NCBI GenBank assembly: GCA_004764695.1
Contig: SMSO01000031.1
Coordinates: 596,436 to 660,435 of the forward strand
From: Schizochytrium sp. TIO01
Taxonomy: Eukaryota; Protista; Bigyra: Labyrinthulomycetes
Direction of reading: 5' to 3'
Length of the DNA: 64,000 nucleotides
This document shows positions 14,492 to 28,111 of the stretch, piece after piece. Made by a program: the position numbers and the translations under genes. Below the pieces are notes generated by a model, which saw only the letters and a list, made by a program, of their open reading frames with translations, had not been told where the DNA came from and ran no database searches. Position 1 is the first letter of the stretch; every line of letters starts with the position of its first letter.

Positions 14492-15606
14492 CCTTCGCTT
14501 TCTCTTTCTCCCTTCATCGCTTGAGCTCCCCCTTTCCTCTCTTCATGGCGTGGTTGTCGATCCTCTCCACCTCTCTGCCAACATCCAGCGTAAATACCCT
14601 TTCCGGACCACTCTGCGTCTTCGCTCAAAAAAGCCATAGGTCGTCCGGTGCAAGTAGGAAAACAGGAAAGAATCCTTTCTGGAGCGCTTGAAAGGGAAAC
14701 AAACAAACAAACAAACAAACCAAAGCAGCGCAGCGCAGTAGGCACGCAGTACCCACAGCTACTCCTCCAATTCCTCCAACCAAAGCATTCATTCATTCCA
14801 CTTACTCTTCAAGTTCACCTGCTGACACTATTGTCACAACAATCTTCTTCTTCTTCTTCTTCTTCTAAAATAAAAAGTAAAAATGATTTGATTTGATTTG
14901 ATTCTTATTAATAAAAAGTTATCGACCAAAATAAAAGAACTTCTAAAGGCATCGAAAACGCTCCAAAGGCAAGCAAGCAAGCAAGCAAATGCTTTCCGCC
15001 GACCGCCTTCGCGAGCTCGCCCTTGGCAGCCTGGCCAGAGCCCGCCCCTCGAGCCTGCTTCGCCTGGCCGCGTGGCCTCCGCTCGCCGGCCTCCGCTTGT
15101 CTCCGCTCATCTCTCGCCGCGACGTTGTTGAGGAAGAAAGCCGCGCCGGCGGACGCTTCATCGCCAGGGTTCAGGACCCCAACTCGACGGCTGCAGGGGC
15201 TCCGCTCGATAGCTAGCTGGCTCCAGCCGCCTCAGCAGGGGGCGGATGTCAACTCGCGGGTCTTGGAGTTGTTGTTGTTGTCATCCCCGTTATCCCTTCC
15301 GCTTTCACCTTCTTCCCTGGTGAGGAATTGGACGCGGTGGGTTAGAGGGTGGTAGTCCACTGCTAACTTGGTAGTCTTCTGAGGAACATGAGTTCTTTGC
15401 GTGTCTTGCAAAGCTACCTACGATGAGACTTGTTGGTTCCTGATCTTGGAGTTTGGACAAGTGGGAGCTTGGTCAGGGTGAATAGCTGATTTGTCCAGAG
15501 AGGCAACGGCTTATGGCCGACTCAGTGTTCACCACAACATCCGCTTTGATTTTTTCACTCTGCTACATTCATTTGTTCATTCGTTCGCTGCTACAATCGA
15601 TCGAGC

Positions 15607-15750
15607 AATCATTCATTCTTACAATTATTATATTCATCCATATTTAGTCATTTTCATACATTCATTCATTCTTACAATTATTGTATTCATCCATATTAAG
15701 TCATTTTCATACATTCATATATTCATTCATTCTTACAATTATTCATTCAT
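15607..15750. repeat. Minisatellite of about 53-61 bp, about 2.5 copies, TTCA-derived
   Basis: ATTCATTCTTACAATTATT at 15611, 15664 and 15725. Confidence 0.85.
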
Positions 15751-18700
15751 ATTTATTCGTATTCGCTCACTTCTACAATAAACCAATTTGCTTAGAAGCA
15801 GCAAAACCAGCGGGATGCCATTTGAGGTCGCCACGGAGCTCCATCGTGCTGGCATTGTGCGAGAAAGTTGTTGTTTTATTTCTTTGGCTGGCGTGGACTC
15901 TTCGGATATACTCAATTTATACCTCTGACTAGACCTCGCACGGTGCTCAGACCGTCTTGCCTTGTGCTGGCTTACCGCTTCTGCCCAGTTCCAATGTGTA
16001 AAACAGAATACGTACCTTCTGCCACCAGTGTCGACTGCTCCTGTCTAAAACTGGTTTTTGGAGTTCTGTAAGCGGGAGCAGGCTAACAGGCAAGCGAGTT
16101 CGACTCGAGCGGAGCGAGTGCGAAGAGTCTGTGCGAAGACGTTGGCGATTAACGTGATGTTCGATCGAGGCTACGAGAGGCCGGCTACTGGCAGCCAACT
16201 GGCTACTTGCTTGCTTGCTTGCTTGCTTGCTTACTCAGTGATTGATTGATTGATGGACTGACTGACTTAGCGCCTACCCCCTTGGCTGGCTGGCAAGGAT
16301 TTCCCACCTCTGCTTAGCTCTATCACTGTTGTAGTCTTTGTGGCACACCGTAGTCTCGAGACTCTAGAACAAAGAGCTCGTTCGAACGTTGGCTTAGGCT
16401 TTCTGTCAAGACTACTGCTCTTGTTGAAAAGAAATGGAGGTTCGGATTGATCGATCGAGCCTTTATTTGTTTCTTTGTTGGTTGCTTTTTTTTGCTTTGC
16501 TTTAGTTTGGACTGCTTTGGATTGGCTTAGTAATGTCGCTTGCGTAGTTCAAGTAGATACGAAGCTTTAAAGGTACCTAGGGTAGCAACTGAGGGGACTG
16601 TTGCAGACAGACCGTCGGAATTGTAATGGAACTTTCCACTTCCGCTCACTCCGACATATGAAATTCATAATCACTTCTTTTGATTTTGTTCGTCTTGATT
16701 TTTACATTTTTTTTTTGGTTGTTTGCTTTTTTGCTTTTTTAATATAAATATTTTTTCAACTTTAAATATATGGAACAATTCAATGTTTTGATTTTTAAAA
16801 TGTAACTATTATTAAAATGATTTTTTAATGTTTTTTTAAAAAGCGAAACAGTTTCGTGTTTTTATTAATCAGAGTATTTGTTGTCAAATTCGATGCATAA
16901 TTTTAAAAATTAACTTGAAAAACTAAGTTATTTCCCAATTGTTCTTAACATTTTAAAGAAATTGTATCATGACAGTGAATATAAAGTTACAGTATAATGC
17001 ATGCACCCTTCTTCGTAAATGTTTATTTATGAAAAGCACAAATGAATAGAAATAGTTCACTTTTTTTTTAACTATTTTTTTTTTCATTTTGGCAACGTTT
17101 TTAAAGCAAACTTCATTTCTTGCTTTTAAAACTTATTAACTTTTAGAGGATCTCTTTTAGTTAGTTTTGAATCGGGATCCGTCCGGCGTCCGCGACTAAC
17201 GACCATTCTGAAACTCCGTCGATTATATGTAGGCTTACCTATATATATTATTTTCACGTGAAAGGTTTGTGAGGGTTAGACAAAAAATTGATAAGCAACA
17301 AAATGAAGTATGTTAACATTTTACATTCATCCTAATTCTCACAAGTTTGGGATAAAGTATTTATGCATTTAAAGGGTTTTCTGATCATGATATCACATAA
17401 TTATTCCCTCTCTCTCTCTCTCTCTCTCTCTCATTTCACCATGAAGAAATAACAGTTTACATCTTTGCCTTCAAGAAATGATGATTTCACCAATTTGCCT
17501 CGTTTACTAACAATCCTAAAACTAATGATGATAATTCCAACAATACTCTGCTATCCGCTGATGATCTCATAGTAGGAGGAGAATAACAATGAAAACGGCA
17601 CACTAACTAAATCTATCCAAGTTCCTACCAACAAGACAGACAGTGGCTGTCTGCCACTCTTCCTAGTTGTCTCCCTCCAGAGTCTCCTTGAGCGCCAAGA
17701 CGTGGTTGCCGGGAAGCTCCACCTCGGCGACGACGCCATCGTCTACGAGCTGGCTCCGACTCACGAGATTACTATCTATCCAGCCAGCCAACCAACCAAC
17801 CAACCATCCATCCATCCATCCATTTATTCCATCATTCATACGAACATACATTCATTCCTTCATTCATTCCTTCATTCATCTATTTATAGTTATTTAGTTA
17901 TAGTTATCTGGTTCTATCTATAGAGTTGCCTGTCTTTCATGGTGCGCCAATTCTTCGCAGCGGTGGCGCCTCTGCTTGCTCCCATACCGCTGCTTTCGAG
18001 AGGCCTTTTCGAAGTGCTTCTGTTTGTTTGTGGTAACCGAGAGATCCCATCGATGCTCAATAGCGCCGCCCATACAACGAGATTGATTGCGGACAGAGCG
18101 GCGACGCTTCTGCCGGTGAGTGACGTCGATGTTCTTCCTTTGGACGCAAAGATGGAAAGAGATTCACTGCATGCCACGATTCCATTGGCGTCCTATTGCT
18201 CTCCTCGGAACGAATCTGCGGAGAAGTTGCTATGCTCTGCTCAGCTCCGCCAAAACTTTGCGGAGTTTGGCGGAACTCTTCGGAAGGCAGAAGAAAGCAA
18301 ACAACACAGGAACAATAATAATTGGCTCAAATAACAACAAACAACACCAACAACAAACAAACACCAACAACAATAAACAAACTCTTTGTAGATTCTTGTT
18401 TCTGCTTCCGTCTGTCTATTAAGGTCTTTTCCATCGATGGCCTCTGGAAGGAAGGGAGCCTTTCAAGAACTTCTGATGAAAGCTTGGGAGGTGTCGGCAA
18501 GTTCGCATTATTGCAAAGCTCTGCAACTGCAACTCGATTCGATGCGATGCGATGGCACTTCGGGGGAGACAGCTTTGTGCTTCGCGGAGGTGAGGTGGGA
18601 AGAGGGATGGCGATACCTTGGTATGCAAAGCGTGTTCGCGTTGGAGTCGACTCCAATCAGATGAAGGACTTCAATCATTCATTCATTCATTCATTCATTC

Positions 18701-19278
18701 ATTCATTCCATTATCCATCCATTCCTCCATCCATTGCCTCCGTTTTGTCCCTGCAGAGGGAAAGAAGAAAGAAATGGGAAGAAAGCAGAAGGCACAGCAT
18801 TGGTCATAACTTCGCAGTTTTCCAAAACCAAAATTGGCCCCAGGCGGGCGATCCGCTCGTGGAGGCTGCCGCGCTCCGCTCCGCCCAAGACGGGCCGCGA
18901 GCAAGGCCTGCTGGACCGCCTTAACTGCCATCCCGCCCGAGCCGCGGTTCGAGCCGCAAGGCGTGGCCGACCTCTAACCCTCCAAACGTCGAAGCTCTCC
19001 GGCCGTTCCCATCAATTATGATTGCGGTTTCTATGGTTCTTCTCTGATTTGGTTTCTTTCCACTGTGCTCTTCTGAGAGTGAAATGAGATGAGATGAGAT
19101 GAGACTTCTTTATGGAGGTAAAAAGGTTTAAAAGTTGAAATGTGAAAATGTGGAAAGTGAATGGAGGATTTGTCTTGGAAAAGGCTTGACTTCTTCGGAA
19201 TCTGGTGCACTCGTGAATTCGCTCGCATCCCGCCCGCCTGGATCAACGGCCTGCCTTCTCCGCAGCCGAGGAAGCTGA

Positions 19279-19314
19279 CCGATCGATCGATCGATCGATC
19301 GATCGATCGATCGG
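19279..19314. repeat. CC(GATC)8GG, 36-bp perfect palindrome
   Basis: Direct reading; self-complementary. Confidence 0.95.
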
Positions 19315-20090
19315 AGCGAGGGCAGGCTTGAGCGGAGAAGCGACTCGAGTTGTCTTTCTTTCTCTCTCCTCGAGCCTCGTTTCTATTCCATTCCTCGCAG
19401 AATAAACCGACAGACGCGGCATACAGCAGTACGTAGCACCATCTAGCAGCCCAGCTAGCGCACCTCCAGAATTTATCCTTTCTGTTTTCTGTTTTCTGTT
19501 TTCTTTTTATAAATATCTTTTTTTTGTGTTCTTTTCTTTTAAGTTAAACTTCTTGGAAAATGAAGGGGGAAAAAAAAGCTTTCTTTTAGGAGGGTTTATC
19601 GATGGTTCTACTTTCGTAGAGACGACATTGGATTGTGCGCACAAACAATCCGAGGACGAAGCCTCTGATTCAATAGCGAGAGTCGAAGGCGCGGAGCTTT
19701 CTCTCGAAGTCACGTCCCTCCCTTCCAGCGCGAGTGCTTTTCCAACAACCAGCCCGCTACAAGCTCGCTCCTGTTGACGACCCCAGAGAGGGAAGCTGCG
19801 AACAGACCTGGCTGTGGCCCAAACAGCGGGAAAGGACAGCAGCACTCAGTCCCTAGCTAGAACGGTGAAAGACCGAGGCGGGAAAAAAGGACAGAAAAAG
19901 AAGAAGGACACGACAGACAAACAAACAAACAATCAACAAACAGAGAGAGAGAGAGAGAAAAGAGGCCAAAGAATTCTTGGCAAAAGGGCGAAAGAAAGAG
20001 AACGCCGCAACCGTAAGGAAAAGCGCCGCTCCCTGCTTGCTATTTCCCCGGCGCGTTCTCTCGGCGTTCTCTCGATCCCTCGAAGAACGC

Positions 20091-20132
<42 letters not shown>

Positions 20133-20420
20133 CTCTTTTGAGTCTGACTAAACCTCTCCGAATGGAAAGCCGCAAAGCCCTCGAAAAGAGTCCAAAAGAA
20201 TGAAAGAATATGAATGAATGAATGAATGAATGAAAGCGACGGAGGCGCTGCTCCGAGAGACCCGTGATGATGATGATGATGATGATGATCAGCGGCTTCG
20301 TCTCTTCCGGAAGGGCGGAGTCAGCAGGGAGCTCCAGGAACATCTGCAGGGACGCTTACTCGTGAGTAGGCTCCCCAGAAGGATTTTAGGTGACATACTT
20401 ACATACTTAAGCATATGCAC

Positions 20421-20700
20421 CCATCCATCCATTCATTCATTCATTCATTCATTCATTCATTCATTCATTCATTCATTCATTCATTCATTCATTCATTCAC
20501 TTTCTAATTCATTCATTCATTCATTCATCCATTCATTCATCCATTCATTCATTCATTCATTCATTCATTCATTCACTTTGTAATTCACTCATGCATTCAT
20601 TCATTCATCCATTCATTCATTCATTCATTCATTCGTTCACTTTGTAATTCACTCATGCACCTTGTAATTGATTCATTCACTTTCTCACTCATTCATTCAC
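20421..20700. repeat. Compound (TTCA/TCCA)n microsatellite with internal duplication
   Basis: Long TTCA runs; CACTTTGTAATTCACTCATGCA occurs twice. Confidence 0.95.
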
Positions 20701-20883
20701 TTTGCAGTTCATTCGTTCGTGATCGCGAAGGAAGGCCATCGCTGGTGAAAGCAAAGAGAGCAAGGACTGCGAGAGCGAGAGTGAGGATCTTCGAGGAGAG
20801 TGGAAACCTAAAGGTTCCCGGGAACGAAGGACATATGCCGAAACCAGAAGAAGGCTCGTTGGACAAGGATGGCTCTGGCGATG

Positions 20884-20884
20884 A

Positions 20885-20940
<56 letters not shown>
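20884..20940. repeat. (GAAA)n microsatellite
   Basis: Direct reading. Confidence 0.95.
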
Positions 20941-20941
<1 letters not shown>

Positions 20942-21246
20942 CTACGACATGAGATAATTGGTGTTGGAAATGCCATCATCTCCGTCTGTGTTTATGGAAC
21001 GAACGAGCCGAAGGATACTTCTCGTGGTCGCTTGGACTCCTTCCTCACGTACGTCGGGCTTATTAGGCGTTGACGACCGCAGCGATTGAAGATCAAGCAT
21101 TGGGACAGCAGAATATCTGCGACCGAGCTCCGTCGCGACATTTTCATTGAACGTGATCACCTGGAAAAGATCAATGGGCTCTACTTGTTGTCCATGCATT
21201 GCTTCAAAACTGATGGATAAACCAGGAAAGAAAACCTTTCACCACG

Positions 21247-21278
<32 letters not shown>
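21247..21278. repeat. Poly(A) tract of 32 nt
   Basis: Direct reading. Confidence 0.95.
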
Positions 21279-21279
<1 letters not shown>

Positions 21280-21321
21280 CGCCTCTGCGAAAGAGGTGCG
21301 AAAAGGAGCTTTCAAATAGAG

Positions 21322-21352
<31 letters not shown>

Positions 21353-24300
21353 GTTTTGCACTTATCGCAGTTGATCGTGAAAGGGGGAAATGAAAGACCG
21401 AACTGAGTCTTTCTTAGTTGCTGTGATAGTGCCAAGAGACCTTATATAAGCTTTATATAAGCTTTGATACAATCGGTCACCTTCACGAGTTTATATATAT
21501 AATACGATACACATGTTTTTTTATTTTTGTATTTAATGTTTATTCAGTTTTTGTTCTCTAGCTAACATCCTTTCTCTTCCTCTTTCCTTTTTTGTTTCGT
21601 CTCCTCCTTTTCTTCGCATCGCGTTGATAAGGAAGAGGCAAGCTTCCCTGAGCACGAAGAAGTGTCCGTCCAGAGCTATGGAGGTGCAAGTTGAGGAACC
21701 TTGGCAGCGAAGGCCGATGAAGATCGTGGTGAGTGGCTGAGTGGCACCTCACGGAGCTTGGTAGGCAGAACAGACAGAAGACACATCTCCAATGATCTTT
21801 ACCTGTTCATGCATTTAAACTTTAATTCCCTAATTTTGATTAAAAGTAATTTTATTTGTTTACTTGTGGTGAAGACTACGTTTGAAGGATTTAAACGATC
21901 GATTTAACACGATTGAGTCGCCAGTGATCAACTTTGATCGTCTTTTTGTATATCCCCTGGGTGCCTTTTCTATCTATCGTTTCCTCCGTTTCGAAGATTC
22001 GATATCTATGCTTTAAGCCCTTTCGCTTTCATTCCGCATTCTTATGAGACACACGAACAGCCAGTAGTAATACACATGCACAATCACAATTAAGGGCTCT
22101 TTCTTTTCTCTTTCTCCCTCTTCTCCTTCTTTCAAAAACCAACATAAATAAGTATAATTTCCGGCGCTCGCCAATACTGCCACGAGAGTGATTATATACC
22201 TCTTTTATCAAAAACAAAAGAAAAACTGTTTTTTCATCCAACTTTTATAAACCTTTTGGCGGAGACGGCACGTTCTTCCATTTGCTTTGTCCTTTGGAAT
22301 TCGCGCGGAGTTCCTTTTGCTCCCAAGAAGAACTCGCGATCAGCGGAGAGAATCGGAGGCAAGGGGCCAGCAATTACCCCTCTTTCAATTCAAGTACCCA
22401 ATCAATCAACACCAGTACGTGCTTGGGGTTCATAAATGCATGCTGCATAGGTACTAAGTTGCTGCTTGATTATTATTTTCGGCATATCATGATGGATGGA
22501 GGAGGAGTGGATGAGAGAAGAAGGAAAAAAGAAAAGAAAAGAAAAGAAGAATTACTATATTACTAAGTGAGGCTATACCAAAGGGGACCTGGCAGAGTAA
22601 TAAATTGTATTGTTGTCGCACCCGTAGTTTCCAAGAGCTGATGGCGAAACTCCAGAGAAACGAAAGGAAACGAAATTGAACAGGACAAACTGACACTGCC
22701 AACAATTTAAAACAAAAAACGTTTTATTTGTTTTTAATGAATAAGAAAAAGTGAGTTCTTTCCCTCTTCGAGTTTTAGAAATGACTACGTAGGGGCCTCT
22801 CGTTTCTTCTCCTCTCAAAGTACCGACCAGCTGTTATTCATTCATTCATTCATTCCAATCAATCAATCATTTGTTGATTTTTTTATTCATTTGTAATATT
22901 GTAGTCTATTATTAAAGTCATTTGTTCATTTTATTTTAATTTATCAATTTATCTATTCGCTTCATTGTGCAAAGTTTCTTTCTCAGGCACTACCTTCAAC
23001 AGGAATGTGTGTCGGGTGTTGTGACCTTCGTGCCACCTTCTGCACATACGCTGGGTGCAGTCAGCTGACTTTCGAGAGGTTCGGAATGAATTTGCGTTTC
23101 TGTTGGCTGCAGACAGCTGGTTTCTGGAGTTAATAAGTAAGTAAGCAAGCAAGCAAGTAATTAAGCCTGGCTCCAGACAGCGAGCGACTCGGAAGGTCAG
23201 TTTGGTGTTCTTTCCTCTGCTGTTGTGTTCTTGGCCAGGCCCTTGAAAGACGCCGCTAGTTAGTTCTGAAAGACCGGAAACCGTTCTCTCTTTCACGTGT
23301 CGTTCTCTCCATCGATGATGGTAATAGTACTTACGCAGGCCTTAACCCGTTTCTTCTCACTCCTCCTCCTCCTCCTCTTTCCTTCTGCCGCAGAATGCAA
23401 TTCGCTCGAGCGGCAGAGGTCACCAGACCCCCTGGCAGGCAAGCGAACAAGCCCGGTCGCCGCGCGGACTCTTCGTAAAGACCGTCGCCGCCGCAGCCGA
23501 GGGTGCACGCTGAAAGAGATCGCTCCATCGTTTTGCCCTCTTCTTCCCAGGTCTTCTCTTCTTCTTCTTCTTCTTCTTCTTCTACTTCTACAGAAACAGA
23601 GCAAAAGCAGAGTACACACTCTCATTCTCTCTCTCTCTATCTCTCCCTCTCAGCGTCGGCGCGTGAATTATGGCAATTGCACAATTGCAATCTGCGAGGC
23701 ACCTCTCGCATGATCAACGGTCTGTGCTGTCCCGACGTGGCTTCGAACGGCGAGGCAGAGGAGGAGGAGGAGGAGGAGAAGGGAAGAAAGTCGAGGCCGG
23801 CCGGAGCAGTATCCGCGGGTGTCGCAAGGATTGACTGATGTCGAAGGTTTCCATCCTTTTCTCCGTTGCCGACTAAACTACCCAACAAACTGCTCTCAGT
23901 TCGGGGGCAAAGAATCGACGGGTGGATAAAGAAGAGTAAAGTAGGCACTGCGTGTACAAAGTGCAGGCGGATTGATCGCTCAAATGCTCGACCGAATGGT
24001 GGAATGATGGAATGATTTGACCTTTGCGGTTCATTCATCCGCTGACTTTGTTTGTTTGCTTAGCGCGGTTGATGGCTCAATCAGCGATGCTCTGCTGCGA
24101 ATTGACGAGGACTCGAGAGAGGTGACACGAGTCTTCAATTCCAAGCCAGCCCAAGTTGGAAGGATGCATTGAGATGTTGAATATCCATGCATACATTTGA
24201 TGTCATTTGATGTCGTTTGATAGGGCTTTCATTCACCTTAACGCATGATCGCGGAAACCAGGGTCAGAACTTCGCTCGCTCGGTAGAAAACCCAGCAAGC

Positions 24301-24507
24301 TCGCTGAACGGGAAACCCGGCCAGCCAGACATTCGAGTGCCCAAGCCGGCTGATCTCTGGGTCGCTGTCCCGGTACGAGGCCCTCCACGCCGGCGATGTG
24401 GCCGTCGAGGCGGCGACAGAGGTCCATAGCGATGGAGGCCATTACCTCTCATGGAGTTGCTTCATTTCCAGGAGCAACAATCTGTATCCTGGAATAATTG
24501 TCCTTTC

Positions 24508-24508
<1 letters not shown>

Positions 24509-24574
<66 letters not shown>

Positions 24575-24575
24575 C
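24509..24575. repeat. (CTTT)n microsatellite
   Basis: Direct reading. Confidence 0.95.
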
Positions 24576-26531
24576 TTTCTTTTTCTTACTCTTTATTCTT
24601 TTAGTGGGCGTGTTGATCTTTTTAAAATGGGTTCATGAACTCCGGACTAACGAACGTGCGGGGAGCGCCAAACCGACGCACGCACTCCGACATTCTGGCA
24701 CAATGGACCTCGTAAAGAAGGACAAGGCCGCAGCTTTTGCAGTGGCTGCCAATTAGGTACCTCTGCGACCAAGAATCAAGAAGGGCCTACTTACCTGCTC
24801 AGTATTCTGAACCTCAGAGCAAACAGAATATCAGGGACCTGGTTAGTTAAGTTGATGAAAATCTTTCAACTTGGGTTAAGAACTTCGAGTCAAAACGATC
24901 ACACTCAGTACTGAGTTAATTTGCTCCATCTGGTCGTTTTCATTATTATTATTATTATTGTGATTATTATTAGCATTATCGCCATTTAGCTTCTTTTTTT
25001 TAGATGCACCTCTTTCGTTTCTTATCTCTCACTTAGTTCGCAGAAACAGACCTCAATATGGGGCCTCGTCTTCTTATCTTTCCTTTCTTTTCGCCTTTTT
25101 TTATTATTTATGTTTTCGGTACTTAATTATAAATTTTAAAGTAATATAAGTAAACTATAATGACGACGCTGATAATCATAATAACATACATCATCTGAGA
25201 GACATACGATGAAAATGAACAGAATTGATCCGTTGCTTTGTGTAGCAGCGCAGGCAGAGTTAATACACCAAATAGATGCCGTGCCGAAGCGCCCGACCGT
25301 CGCTGCTTAACGCGGCCGGCCTTGCGGAGCTCGAGCCCGCAGCTTCGAGGACGTTGGAAGCAGCCGCGTCCTTGAAAGCAGTTCGCTGCAGTGAGTGGCG
25401 ACCCAGCGCATGAGCTGACGACCCGCATGAGCTGGAGGCAGGCTTCCTGAGCCAAGGCGCAGCGGCGCCCGTCTGCCCAGGCTTCCCGAGCGCCACGACT
25501 GAAGGAAAGAGGCCTCTGCAAAGGCCTGAGCTCTCCGGCAGCGGACCATCGCGAGCCATGCCTTCAGCAACGCCTTCAGCAGCGCCTTGGCCGTCTCAAG
25601 CGCCTCCGGCGAGATTACAGGAGATTACAGGAATACAGAATGAGAGCGCTAACCCAGGTGAGGACCTATGAGGAAGTAGGCGGCCTGTGCGGAAGCAAGC
25701 AAACAAGCTTGGCGACGCAGGGAAGTTGAGACAGAGCGGGAAACGGAGAACTCGCGTTGCTAGCGCGTGGCGGTGGCGAAGAAGGCCTTGCTTGGCGTGG
25801 AGCAGGCCGCCTTGGCTGTTGTACTTTACGGATTGAAAAAGATGGATGACCAAAGCATGGACGAGTGCTTATTTGAAGTGGGGAAAAGACGGCGACAGGA
25901 AAATCCATTTCGAAGTATCATTCGCGAGGTACGCAAGTAGGTGGGTACGTACTCGAAGTTGAACCTGAACTTGGACTTGAACTTGAACTTGAGTTCTGCA
26001 CTTATTGCGAGGGCTCAGAAACACACCTACGCATAAAAGAAGGTACGCATGCTGTTCACTCCTTCGTATGTAGATGAGATAAGTAATTTTAATTAATGAT
26101 ATTAATTATCAAAATAAATTTTAATTTTATTCTAAAATAAATAAAACTTTAAAAAAGAAAAGAAAAAATAGAACTTGAAATTAATCAACGTCTATGCACC
26201 TACTTACCTACTCCCTTAGGAGGTGAGTTCTTGAAGATCGATTTAGCTCTAAGGTGTAAGGAGCAAACTCGAGGTTGATAGTGAGTGACACAGTAGTTGA
26301 CCAAGAGACGGATCGACGATCTCTTTTGCGCGTGGCGGGTGTCTTTCGTTGCGTGGGTCGATCTTTTAAAGTACGCTTTCACCTGTTTAGTCTCCTGTTG
26401 CGCCGTTGATCCTGACGTTGCGAAGCAACCACTCAACGGTGTACTTTGTTTTTGGCTTGCTTACTCAGCAATTACGAGGATGGTTTTAGGATACTTCGCG
26501 TCGCGTGCGTGACTGGCAAAGATACATACAT

Positions 26532-26594
26532 AAACAAACAAACAAACAAACAAACAAACAAACAAACAAACAAACAAACAAACAAACAAACAAA
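26532..26594. repeat. (AAAC)n microsatellite
   Basis: Direct reading. Confidence 0.95.
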
Positions 26595-27287
26595 CCAATG
26601 AATGAATTAAATGAATGAATGGATGAATGAATGAATGGTTATAGGCGTAGTCGCTCTTCGATCCGCCTGCGCGCCTGCCAGAGGGAGGAAGGCACTTGTT
26701 TCGGTGCCCGGACATCAGTAGAAGATACTTTCGAGGCTTCGATTGATTTCATGTTTCTGCACTTTTACCCTTCTCCCATGGTCGCTTCGATGTTCACTTT
26801 TTCGTTTTTCACTCTTTCTCCTTTTTAAAGGTTTTCCCATCAAGTTACCTCCTTTTCTCTCATATTATAATTATAATTTTATAAATACAGTTGGTTCGTA
26901 GTTTTCTTCTTTTATCTACTACGAAGTACCTAGTAGTTCTTTTTTCTTTTCTGTTTATCACCCCTTCTCACAGGACGTAACTCGAACTCCCCTTCGTTGT
27001 ACAACTATGTAAAAGACGAAGTGCTTCGTAAAAAGAAGTGAAACGGCGTATCTTTCCCTCTTCTTTGATCGTTGTTGAAGACAGCCCCAACACGAGGTAC
27101 GGCAGAGAGCAGCGCCTCAATCTCTCCCTCCCTCACCACGCCTGTCATTTATTGCTTCGCTCGCTGGAGCCCCTTGGCGAGCCCATTTTGCATTCATCTC
27201 CTCAGCCTGCTCTTCGGACCTGCTCACTCACCCCTTAGGCACCTGAATCAGCTGCAGCACTTCGTCTCGTGCTCAATTTCAACTGCA

Positions 27288-27460
27288 GATGAAGCAAAGA
27301 TGAAGCAAAGATGAAGCAAAGATGAAGCAAAGATGAAGCAAAGATGGAGCAAAGATGAAGCAAAGATGGAGCAAAGATGAAGCAAAGATTAAGCAAAGAT
27401 TAAGCAAAGATTAAGCAAAGATTAAGCAAAGATTAAGCAAGCAAAGATTAAGCAAGCAAA
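27288..27460. repeat. 11-bp minisatellite GATGAAGCAAA / GATGGAGCAAA / GATTAAGCAAA, about 15 units
   Basis: Head-to-tail units with no spacers. Confidence 0.96.
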
Positions 27461-28046
27461 GTAATGCTCTGCCTTAAACGCTGCTTCGCTCTGTTGGCCT
27501 TCGACTCGACTCGACTCGACTCGACCCGACTCGACTCAACCCGGCTCGACTCGTTTCCGCAGAGCGCCGCAACGATCAAGGAATGCCTCGAGCGCAAATT
27601 TCAGGAGGTATTCGCGCCGTAGGGGGATCAAAACCCAGCATGACCTCTCATCGCATTGCGTTGCATCGCATTGCATTGCATTACATTAAGGTTTGCAGAC
27701 CTCAAGGCGCCTCCTCGTAGTCGCTATGCTGCTCCTGCTCCGTGGCGACATGAAGCTCTCGGGTTTACGCGGTAGCGCCTTCGCGAGATTGGTTTGTGCG
27801 CGTAAGCCGACGAAAAGGGCCCTTCGAGGCAGCGATGAGGCGGAGAGAAGAACTGCGATTTGGCGGCGGGAAAGCGAGCGCTGCGATGGAGGAGGAGGAG
27901 CCAAGGACGACCCTCCTCGGCCATGAACGGACACGCGAAAAGAACGCGCTCTGCGCTGCGAACGAATGAACCGTCGATCGGGAGGGAAACCGTGCCTCGC
28001 AAACGCAGTGCGTGAGATGATGATTGGTGGTCGACTCGCAGGATTG

Positions 28047-28111
28047 AAGATGCAGATGCAGATGCAGATGCAGATGAAGATGAAGATGAAGATGAAGATG
28101 AAGATGAAGAT
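28047..28111. repeat. (GATGCA)n(GATGAA)n hexamer repeat
   Basis: Direct reading. Confidence 0.92.

Noticed and set aside
21247-21278. Poly(A) tail of a retroposed element
   Set aside because: No target-site duplication or recognisable SINE/LINE body seen upstream.
24789-24797. ACTTACCTG as a U1 snRNA 5' end or a minus-strand splice donor
   Set aside because: No U1 stem-loops or Sm site follow, and I could not build a coherent spliced ORF.
27288-27460. Possible CRISPR-like array (also considered 11678-11861, 13217-13290 and 15607-15750)
   Set aside because: Head-to-tail repeats with no unique spacers, no cas genes, eukaryotic context.
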